Source: Utricularia gibba
Taxonomy: Eukaryota > Plantae > Magnoliophyta
NCBI GenBank assembly: GCA_002189035.1
Contig: NEEC01000002.1
Span: forward strand, 1,488,001-1,552,000
Direction of reading: 5' to 3'
DNA: 64,000 bases
Position numbers and translations under genes: made by a program. Shown piece by piece: positions 50,356-61,372 of this stretch. The notes under the pieces were generated by a model. The model did not search any database and was not told the DNA's origin. It was given only the letters and a program-made list of their open reading frames with translations. Numbering within the stretch: the stretch's first letter is position 1; every line of letters starts with the position of its first letter.

Positions 50356-52683
50356 ATGGCGAATCTCTTCTGCAAGTCCTTGGACTTCCGATCTTTCTCA
50401 GCGGTCTCCAAGCCAGGCTTGTTTTCTCATGGACCTAAGAAATTCAAGGCCAATTGGATGAGAATAAGAAGAAAAAGAGCCCTTCACCTCACCCTCACCT
50501 GCGAACTCCCTCAAGGAGAAGTTGGTGTCATTTCATCTCATGGTACACACCTGTTTCCTATTGTTATCACCATCAAGAGCTTAATCTACGCTTGTGTCTG
50601 TATTTCTCTTTGTGGGTCTTGCGGGATGTGGTTTATTTCGTCAGGAATGGAAAACACTGCTTCTTTCACTGTTACAAAACAAGGTGATTTATGATGTGTG
50701 GCACTTGAATGGGCAGAACATGCTGATGGAAGTGTGTCATTTCGGTTTGGGGAAGTTGTCAAAGGAAAGGCGATATTGAAACCCGACGAAAGGGGAAAAG
50801 AATCCGAGGATGGATATGCTGTCTTGAAGGTTTCAGATAGAGAAGGAGATTCAAGCATAGAGTACGTTGATACCGCTGTTCAGGAGATCCTCCAATTGGA
50901 GAAAAGTGTCGCGACTCTCGTTGGATCTGACGAGAGAGTCGAAGAAACCCATCCCGATTCTTTGAAGTTCAATCCTGAAAATGATGAGGCTAATCAGAAT
51001 CTTCTTGTTGTTGTTACTGATCATATAAAAGAAACTGAAATTATTGAAGCAGCAGAATGCACTGACAGTACACCACCGTCGTGTAGCGAAAAAACAGAGC
51101 AGAGCTCATTTGAAGAGATTTGGGGAACTAATATTCAGGATGAGATGCAAAATATGCTAGATATCAACTCACCTCCCAAAGAAGTTACAGAAAGTCTTCC
51201 CTTGAGTTTTGAGATCACAGAGTTGGAAGCCTCATATTCGTCTGAAGTAAGGTTTGAAATTCTTTCCATCACCTTTGTGAATATACTCAAGTATGATGTC
51301 TGATTCTCTGCTCAAGGGTAGTGTTTGCAAGTAATTCATCTTCAAATTCTTCTTTCCGATGTTCTTTACTGATGAAGTGATTACAGAAGATAATGAGATG
51401 GATACTAACACTCGCTCCCCTGCACAGCCCCAGCCAGATATCCTTGAAAGAAGAGTTTTTTCTATCCTCTGGGGCGGCTATGTTGCCTCATCCCTCTAAG
51501 GTATTGCATCAAAGGCATCACAGAAAGCAAAAAGATAATTTATCTGCTGCCACAAGTGTTAAAACTTTAAAGAAAGTGATATGAGAAATAATAAACTCCA
51601 GGTATTCACAGGTGGAGAAGCTGCTTACTTCGTTGCTGGTGACACATGGCTAGGAGTTGCCGATGGAGTTGGTCTATGGTCACTTGAAGGTAATTCACCG
51701 CCGCACCATCTTCTCGTGGTGCTCTTTCTGGAAACCCCATTTTTGTGCCTGTTGGCTATCCGAGTTCATCTTCGAATCAGTTGCTATTGTATTTGATTTT
51801 CTGTTCAGGAACAAAGCCAGGTGTTTTTGCTAAAGAGCTCATCGAGAACTGTGAACGCCTCATTTCTCATTCCAATGCCGCTGGTGCTGTTGACAGCCCC
51901 TTAAAGCTCCTAATCTCTGCCGTTTCAGAAACACGTTCTCCCGGATCGTCGACGTGCCTCATCTCTCGATTTGATGGTCAGGTACTATTTCAGTCCATGT
52001 TAGGGAAACAATAGTTGCTTCTGTTATTCTTCTGCTTCTTCCCCTGAGTCATTTTCTGAAGCTTCTTGATGAATTTCCTTGAAAAAAAAAAAACAGGCTC
52101 TTCATGCTGCAAATGTAGGACACTCGAGGTTCATTGTTCTTAGGCATGGGAGTGTTTACAAGAAATCTTCTCCAATGTACCATCTCTTTCATTTCCCTTT
52201 CCACATTCATTCTGGAGAAGATCCTTCTTCCGCTGCAGAGGTATTGAACAAATTTGCAACTCTTTCACGGTCCACATTCATGATACAGGTTCAAATTCGA
52301 TCTCTACTTCTATTTAGACTTACAGGATTTACCTTGTTGAAGATGACGTGATCATCACCGCAACACACGGATTTTTCGGCAATCTGTATGACCAGGAGAT
52401 TTCTTCCACCGTCTTCGAATCTCTCCTCCACGATAAAAGCCTCAAGGTGTAGTGTAGCCTTCGCGGAATTTTCGCAGATTGGAGCGGAAATTGTTATCTC
52501 CCTTCGTTCCTGCAGGAAATTGCCACCGAATTGGCTTTGAAGGCACAGGAAATCGGGCGGTCCGCAGGATTGCGAACACCGCTCTCTGATGAAGCTCAGG
52601 CAGCGGGATTCACCGGATTCATCGGCGGCAGGCTCGATGATGTTGTGGTGATCGTTTCCAGGGTGCAAAAACGATCCATCTAA
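50356..52683 (+). CDS. Protein phosphatase 2C, PTC7-like (PP2C62/71 type), multi-exon
   Basis: [60 protein letters not shown] and [12 protein letters not shown]. Confidence 0.88.
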
Positions 52684-53087
52684 CCTCAATGAAAGCATTG
52701 TCATTGAGGTCAGGAACCCAATACCTCTCTGAATAACATCATGTGTTTGATGTCACCCATTCTAATTCTTGTGAGAAGATATGAAAATGTGATGTACTTG
52801 ATGAGTTTGCTATATATGATGCTTAAACTGAGAATCTAAAGTTGAATACAATGTGATATAATATTCTCTATCCAGCACTGTTGGCTTCATGTTAAAGAAC
52901 CATACGTTGCAAGAATAGTGTCTTTAGTTATTCGCTTGAGGCTGTTGAAATAGATTTTGTAGGTTATTATGTGACGTGATCGTTGAAGCCGTGGATGTAA
53001 AGATTTTTTAATATCATTAGAGAAGAAAACCCAGAATGGTGTTCATACCACTGAGTGCTTGCGACTCCCACCACCAGCACCACGTTG

Positions 53088-55657
53088 ACTCTCGGGTCTT
53101 CTTCAGCTAGTTTTGAGAATTTTTAGGCCATTGTTTGCATCGAGGAAGACGTGAAAAAGGCAGAATCAGTGGCTGTGCGTCGCCTGCACCCCAGAGCTTC
53201 ACAGGTCCGCGGGTAACCTTCACAATTTTGGCTCTCGGGTCTTCTTCAGCTAGTTTTGAGAATTTTTAGGCCATTGTTTGCATCGAGGAAGACGTGAAAA
53301 AGGCAGAATCAGTGGCTGTGCGTCGCCTGCACCCCAGAGCTTCACAGGTCCGCGGGTAACCTTCACAATTTTGGCTCTCGGGTCTTCTTCAGCTAGTTTT
53401 GAGAATTTTTAGGCCATTGTTTGCATCGAGGAAGACGTGAAAAAGGCAGAATCAGTGGCTGTGCGTCGCCTGCACCCCAGAGCTTCACAGGTCCGCGGGT
53501 AACCTTCACAATTTTGGCTCTCGGGTCTTCTTCAGCTAGTTTTGAGAATTTTTAGGCCATTGTTTGCATCGAGGAAGACGTGAAAAAGGCAGAATCAGTG
53601 GCTGTGCGTCGCCTGCACCCCAGAGCTTCACAGGTCCGCGGGTAACCTTCACAATTTTGGCTCTCGGTCTTCTTCAGCTAGTTTTGAGAATTTTTAGGCC
53701 ATTGTTTGCATCGAGGAAGACGTGAAAAAGGCAGAATCAGTGGCTGTGCGTCGCCTGCACCCCAGAGCTTCACAGGTCCGCGGGTAACCTTCACAATTTT
53801 GGCTCTCGGGTCTTCTTCAGCTAGTTTTGAGAATTTTTAGGCCATTGTTTGCATCGAGGAAGACGTGAAAAAGGCAGAATCAGTGGCTGTGCGTCGCCTG
53901 CACCCCAGAGCTTCACAGGTCCGCGGGTAACCTTCACAATTTTGGCTCTCGGGTCTTCTTCAGCTAGTTTTGAGAATTTTTAGGCCATTGTTTGCATCGA
54001 GGAAGACGTGAAAAAGGCAGAATCAGTGGCTGTGCGTCGCCTGCACCCCAGAGCTTCACAGGTCCGCGGGTAACCTTCACAATTTTGGCTCTCGGTCTTC
54101 TTCAGCTAGTTTTGAGAATTTTTAGGCCATTGTTTGCATCGAGGAAGACGTGAAAAAGGCAGAATCAGTGGCTGTGCGTCGCCTGCACCCCAGAGCTTCA
54201 CAGGTCCGCGGGTAACCTTCACAATTTTGGCTCTCGGGTCTTCTTCAGCTAGTTTTGAGAATTTTTAGGCCATTGTTTGCATCGAGGAAGACGTGAAAAA
54301 GGCAGAATCAGTGGCTGTGCGTCGCCTGCACCCCAGAGCTTCACAGGTCCGCGGGTAACCTTCACAATTTTGGCTCTCGGGTCTTCTTCAGCTAGTTTTG
54401 AGAATTTTTAGGCCATTGTTTGCATCGAGGAAGACGTGAAAAAGGCAGAATCAGTGGCTGTGCGTCGCCTGCACCCCAGAGCTTCACAGGTCCGCGGGTA
54501 ACCTTCACAATTTTGGCTCTCGGGTCTTCTTCAGCTAGTTTTGAGAATTTTTAGGCCATTGTTTGCATCGAGGAAGACGTGAAAAAGGCAGAATCAGTGG
54601 CTGTGCGTCGCCTGCACCCCAGAGCTTCACAGGTCCGCGGGTAACCTTCACAATTTTGGCTCTCGGGTCTTCTTCAGCTAGTTTTGAGAATTTTTAGGCC
54701 ATTGTTTGCATCGAGGAAGACGTGAAAAAGGCAGAATCAGTGGCTGTGCGTCGCCTGCACCCCAGAGCTTCACAGGTCCGCGGGTAACCTTCACAATTTT
54801 GGCTCTCGGGTCTTCTTCAGCTAGTTTTGAGAATTTTTAGGCCATTGTTTGCATCGAGGAAGACGTGAAAAAGGCAGAATCAGTGGCTGTGCGTCGCCTG
54901 CACCCCAGAGCTTCACAGGTCCGCGGGTAACCTTCACAATTTTGGCTCTCGGTCTTCTTCAGCTAGTTTTGAGAATTTTTAGGCCATTGTTTGCATCGAG
55001 GAAGACGTGAAAAAGGCAGAATCAGTGGCTGTGCGTCGCCTGCACCCCAGAGCTTCACAGGTCCGCGGGTAACCTTCACAATTTTGGCTCTCGGTCTTCT
55101 TCAGCTAGTTTTGAGAATTTTTAGGCCATTGTTTGCATCGAGGAAGACGTGAAAAAGGCAGAATCAGTGGCTGTGCGTCGCCTGCACCCCAGAGCTTCAC
55201 AGGTCCGCGGGTAACCTTCACAATTTTGGCTCTCGGGTCTTCTTCAGCTAGTTTTGAGAATTTTTAGGCCATTGTTTGCATCGAGGAAGACGTGAAAAAG
55301 GCAGAATCAGTGGCTGTGCGTCGCCTGCACCCCAGAGCTTCACAGGTCCGCGGGTAACCTTCACAATTTTGGCTCTCGGGTCTTCTTCAGCTAGTTTTGA
55401 GAATTTTTAGGCCATTGTTTGCATCGAGGAAGACGTGAAAAAGGCAGAATCAGTGGCTGTGCGTCGCCTGCACCCCAGAGCTTCACAGGTCCGCGGGTAA
55501 CCTTCACAATTTTGGCTCTCGGGTCTTCTTCAGCTAGTTTTGAGAATTTTTAGGCCATTGTTTGCATCGAGGAAGACGTGAAAAAGGCAGAATCAGTGGC
55601 TGTGCGTCGCCTGTACCCCAGAGCTTCACAGGTCCGCGGGTAACCTTCACAATTTTG
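53088..55657. repeat. Tandem array of 18 x 143-bp units
   Basis: Unit starts (CTCTCGG) at 53089, 53232, 53375 ... 55516. Fourteen units are 143 bp and four are 142 bp (GGG>GG; units 5, 8, 14, 15). One C>T in the last unit. Confidence 0.97.
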
Positions 55658-55783
55658 TGGTAGACGTAGAATTCATGTGATGTTGGTGTGTTCTTGATGT
55701 TTTTTTTTTCGATGAAAATCCTTGAGGACTACTTTGGTCCCGTGCCTGAACAATTATTTACCTTCTTCTTTTCTTCTAAAAGC

Positions 55784-57252
55784 ATGGGCTCCTCCGTCCC
55801 GCCTCTATCACCCCAGATGTCTGCGAATGACGACGATCCTCCTATCATGAAGTGCGCCCAAGAAGGAGACGTCGATGGGTTGCACCGGGTGATCGAGAAG
55901 CACAAAGACCAATTCCAACAGTTCCGAGGATCCAATAATCGCAAAACGCCTTTGCACATAGCTGCAGCTTCAGGCAATACAGAATTCGTCTTGGAGTCGA
56001 TGAATCTCTTGCCATGGCTAAATGAAAAGCCTGACGAGGACGGCCGAACGGCTCTCCACGTAGCTATTCTGAAGGGACATGAAAGGACAGCAATGGAGAT
56101 TCTCAAGGAGAACCCGGCCCTTATGAGATGCAGGGACAAAGAGGGTCGTAATGCTCTTCACCTTGCCGTCGCACACGCAGACAAGATGCCCAAGTTGTTG
56201 CTGAAGACCTTATTGGAAATGGATCCAGGCTTGGTAGCCGAAGTAAACTACAAGAAGCAAACTGCGCTTCACATAGCCCTGGAGAACGAAAAATACGATA
56301 CATTTTCATCTCTATTATCCGGGATGAAAGACCGTGCCCATCTGCAACATCTTCTTGAAAAGAAGGATTCAGAGGGGAACACTGTTCTTCATATTGCTGC
56401 CGTCAAAGCTACTCCCGAAGTAACAATCTCCTACTCTATCTAATAAATAATAAGCACTTCCTCACGAGGTTTTCTTTTTTTTTTTTTAATCTCATGTGAT
56501 CTCAGGCAACAATGAAGAAGCTGCTCACTATAATGAAGAACCTTGACGTGAATAACAACCAACAGAAAACTGCTTTGGATCGGGCAGTGGATCCAAATAT
56601 GATATCCTTGCTAAAGCGAGCTGGGGCTCAGGGAGGACAACAAGCGGAACGTGTGTCCTGCAATTCCTCAAAAACTTGTGCAGACAAAATACTGTCTTTC
56701 CTCTTGTCTGGCCGTGTTAGTTTCCCCCATGTTAGTTTCCAGGTACTGCTAATCGCGGCGGCAGTCGTCGTCTACCAGAATCTCCCAGATGGGAAATCTG
56801 TTGGTGAAAATGCAGCTCCACCTATCCCTACTCCCATTCCTGCTCCAGGTCCATATTCAAGGAAAGAACTTAGTGGCCACATACACGGTAATATGAGACT
56901 ACCAGATGCTATCGTGGTGGTCATTTTGCTGGTGCTTTTCATTTTGATGGCGGTTATTTCGATTCTCTCTCTAATTTGGAGGTCTGGAGGGTTTTCTCTT
57001 GCGGCATCTCTATTTGCTGGGATCGTTTATACAGCAATGCTTGGTAATCCTGCCTGGTTAATACCCTTCAGTATTGCTCTCCAGGGTACACTTTGTGTCC
57101 TGGGGGTGTTTGAGGAAGGGGTGCATTTGTATGAAGAACATTTTGGCTACTTGTGGTGGCGGCGCAGAGCTATGAATTGGGTCCTCAACATGCTTCCCCC
57201 GTTGAAAAGGGCCATCCATCTTTCCCAAGAGGAGAGACTGAGGAATCTCTGA
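55784..57252 (+). CDS. Ankyrin-repeat transmembrane protein (ACD6/BDA1-like), exons 55784-56419 and 56506-57252
   Basis: ANK repeats KTPLHIAA, RTALHVA, RNALHLA, QTALHIA and NTVLHIA, followed by several hydrophobic helices. Degenerate PGG region (YQNLPDG). Confidence 0.85.
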
Positions 57253-57639
57253 ATCGGATGAATGTGGTAATACTTTTCGACTTGGAACGGACGGCTTCTA
57301 TAAACATCACAGATTCTTATAATCATAAACTGCAAGAAAACCCCATCCAGTTTCGATTGATTTCATAACCTATCCCGAGGCAGGAATTTCCAGAGAGACA
57401 GGCCGCCGGAGCCGGAGAGTAGCAAGAAGAAGTCCATCCTTCCTGGCCGTAGTGAATAAAGATGTCGTTTTGCGTCGACATCTTTATTAACAAGATTTTA
57501 TTGATGAGTTGATTGAGCGTCGATCCCACACCATTCAAATGTCACATTTGGGGGGCCTGGGAGCTACTTTGTCCCCACGAACTTCAATGCTGGGGGCCTG
57601 GGGCCTTGAACATCAATCAGCTATTCTTGGACTTACACG

Positions 57640-58183
57640 TAAGGATGTTATATAAAACGAATTAACACGAACATTTATTTAATTAGTTTATTTTTATCGA
57701 ATAAAAAATTTATTTAGATTAGTTTATTTAAGTTAATCGAATAAAATTTTTTTTAATGTTCATTTATTTATAATTTAAAATCGTTCATAAATAAATATAA
57801 TATATTTATATTTTAACATAAATATAAATAAAATTAATATTTTAATATAACACATAATATTTTTAATATATATTAATATTTCATATATTGATCTAGAAAA
57901 ATAATCAAAAATTATTTATAACTTAATTACTAACACAAAAAAATAAATTTTAATAATATATATATATATATATATTGTATATTATTATTTTATATCAATC
58001 CAAAATACATAATTTTAATATGATATTATATATTATAATTGAATATTGATTTTGTTTAAATTAGTTCAATAAAATAATCGAACATATATTTTATTTATAT
58101 TCGTTTGTTTATATTATTCAAATGAAAATAAAGTATCTTAATCAAGGTTGAACACAAGTTATTTATTAATTATAACATCCATA
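57640..58183. mobile_element. hAT-type non-autonomous element (MITE), 544 bp
   Basis: TIRs TAAGGATGTTATA / TATAACATCCATA (1 mismatch), perfect 8-bp TSD CTTACACG (57632-57639, 58184-58191), subterminal (A/T)CGAA motifs and an AT-rich core. Confidence 0.85.
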
Positions 58184-60070
58184 CTTACACGTTCCACCCT
58201 CATCTATTTGTTGAACGAGTCCATGGAAATGAACGCGGATTTAATTGGTAATGCCACACAGTGACTTGGTTTACATCACCTCACGGAATAGATTCTCCTG
58301 GAATTCGGTACTGGATTCAACATGAAGGAAAAATAGATCCAGAGAAATCAAGCATTCAGACACGGTATCGCCGAGAATTCTCCGCAGACAGGTCAGTGGG
58401 TATTTTAATTCGGCCGGGTCGGGGACGCCACCGGGTGGGCTGTTGGAGTAATGCCTAGAACGTGGCCGTGGCCCCTGGCGGTATTATTTTTATAACGTTA
58501 TGATTTAAAATCCGATGAAGATTGATTTGTTGAGTAATTGATCGATTTGTCAGGATTGTGTTTCGATTTAGGTTAAATGGAATTCAAGAGAAGCAGACGA
58601 AAATTTTTACTTCAAAACTATCGTAACCGAAAACCATGAAACTAGAATAACTCACGTGTCAGGTGTATAAATTATCATTTTTATAAACTGGGCTTCTATT
58701 TATTGGAGAGTTCTAGTCATGGGTTTTGAGAACGTCAACTTACTTTTATACTTGGTAAGATTTATTTGATTTTATTCGTGATTCTGTCGATAAATAACCT
58801 TGTAGGTCAGTGGCCCAGTCATTCTGTCGAGCACCAAGCAGAGATTGACGCCATCCCTTTACTGTCTCCTTCCTGACTCCTAATATGTAGTTGATTAATC
58901 AGTCACTTCTAGATCGATATAAAATTCATAGGCCGCTCGTTTATTCTTGTTCCATTTAACGTATTTGGGGTGTTTATATTCCACGGGCGACTTTCTTGAA
59001 AATAATAAAATATATAGTAATTTTCGCAAACAAATCTTCACGTCTAAAGCAGTTGGCCAAAGCCCAGACGCAGTTAATTTCCAATTTCCCACACAGGTTT
59101 TCCGGATTTTCAGTCTGTTTCAAAACTCGAACTTCTAAACCTCTCCCAAATCAGAAATTTCACGGGATAAAATTTTGGAAACATTAAATGGGCTTTAAAA
59201 TTAATTAACGAAATAACGAGAAATTTCTCTATAAATTTTAATTTTTATAAAATTAATGCAATAGTTTCTAAAATTTTATAAATTTTAATTTCTCTATTTA
59301 CAATCATTTAGATATTTATTATACAATTATATGTATAATATAATATAGTATAGTATGTGAGCCTGACCCGACCAGTATTGAAAAGTAGTTGGCTGGATCC
59401 CATGCCAGCTATTGCCATGTTAGGTACAAAATTTTGGAATTATTTATCATGCTAAATATTTAAATTTCGAAAAATCAATAATTTTGATAATTTATTTGAA
59501 GAATAAAAATTCTTTCTAAATAAATATAAATATTAAAATTATGTTTCTTTTTTAATAAACAAAAATATGAATAATTCAATATTATATTCATTATTTAGAT
59601 AATATTAAAAAAATAAATAAAAAGATATTCTGCTACTTATATATTTTAATAAAAAATATCATATATTTGATATTATTGAATACGAAAATAATTTAATAAT
59701 TGACATTAGTGGTCGTAAATTGTTTAAAAATTGATAAAATTAGTTTGTATGAAATCCTTATTTATATTTTTTTTTTTTTACTTTTTTCATAATAAAAAAT
59801 ATATATAACCATATTTGATTACGCTTGATAATGTCCAGGAGAATAATACATTCATTGCATAGCACTCAAAAATAACACTGGATGAATAACGATCGACCTC
59901 ATCATATTTACAAAGTCATACAATCATGCGATAATCTGTTTATTTTTAATTGATTTGTTTTTGTAGGTCATTTTTCAAATATCATATTCCATTATTAAAA
60001 TGACCCCTCATAAAGTCTTGAGCATTGTCCCCTCATCGTCATCTATCAGGTTCGCCCCAAAGGGAAATTT

Positions 60071-61216
60071 ATGGAAGAGCTTCTTGCAGAGATTATGGGA
60101 TATGCTGCACAAGGCAACCTCGACGCCTTCAGGAAACTATATCGAGAGAAAACCAAGGAAGTCGACCAACTTCTAAAAAAAGACTTAGAGCAAGTCCATG
60201 GCGAAACGCCGCTGCACATAGCCGCCGAGAACGGAAAAACCGAATTCGTCGTGTGGTTGATGCCTCGGTTCCCTGGTCTGAGTTGGAAACGCAAGCCTGC
60301 CGGAGAGAGTCCTCTCCAGGTTGCAATCAAGGAAGGCAAATTTGAAACGGCGAAAGCAATGGTGAGAACAGATAAGTCGCTCCTCCAGCTCAAAGGAAAA
60401 AACTGCCGCATTCCTCTTCACGACGCTGCCCAATTCACTGACGAGGAGAATAAAGACTTGCTGGAATTGTTACTCCTCCAAGACCCAGACAGTCTGAGCA
60501 GAGAGGACAGCAAGTGTCGAACCCCGATCCAGGTGGCGTTGATGTATGACAAGAAGGATGCTTTCGATACCCTACTGTATTGGATCAAGCACAGGAAACA
60601 GCACCAAGTTCTCCAACATCGGACTTGGATGGCAAGAATGTTCTTGATATTGCAAAGGAGAGGGAAACTCAATGGGTCTGCTGCAAATGCTGTACAACCA
60701 TCATAAATTTACTCAAACATTATATGAATTCAATGGTCTGTGTCAATCATGCAGATGACTGCGGATTTGGAAAAGGAGATAACCGAACTAGCCCAGAAGA
60801 AGGTGACACCACGCCACAACAACGAAGTTACCAGGCCTCAGCCTGACACAAGGATTATACAAGTCATGTCTGCAATAATCAGCGCTGCATTCCAGCTGAT
60901 ATGCCAACTTCCAGGTGGCTTTTCCGGGGGTAAGATGGTGATGGGTAATCTCAATTACCGTATGCTGATGTTGGCAAGCACCATTTGTTTCCTGTTATCC
61001 AACATAGCCATCATGCGTAATCTTCCGTTCAACAAATTCACTGCGGTTTGTCATGTTTCTCTCATATTTTTCGAGTTGGAGTACGCCATTGCCCTCTTTG
61101 CCATCTCCACCGAGCATCCATGGTCAACCACTCTCGGGATCCTGACCATCATCTCGGTGATTTTGATGATCATTTGGAAGGCGTTTTCCAATCTGAGTTA
61201 TTTCAGATCTACATAA
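60071..61216 (+). CDS. Ankyrin-repeat PGG-domain transmembrane protein (exons 60071-60675, 60755-61216); apparent 1-nt frameshift at ~60621
   Basis: GETPLHIAAENGKTEF, ESPLQVA and RIPLHDAA; DLDGKNVLDIA lies in a shifted frame; exon 2 has AAFQLICQLPGG and TM helices. Confidence 0.8.
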
Positions 61217-61311
61217 ACCGGGTCCCTTAGTATCTGGTGTAAACTATGTTTGGTACAGGATTTATGGTTTCTGAATTTATTTTTATCTCACATTTATTAT
61301 AAGAATGTAGA

Positions 61312-61315
<4 letters not shown>

Positions 61316-61367
<52 letters not shown>
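61316..61367. repeat. (AT)n microsatellite, ~26 units
   Basis: Uninterrupted AT run directly visible. Confidence 0.95.

Positions 61368-61372
<5 letters not shown>

Noticed and set aside
53088-55657. CRISPR array, 5S rDNA or snRNA cluster
   Set aside because: No unique spacers, eukaryotic context, and no similarity to 5S, tRNA or snRNA boxes.
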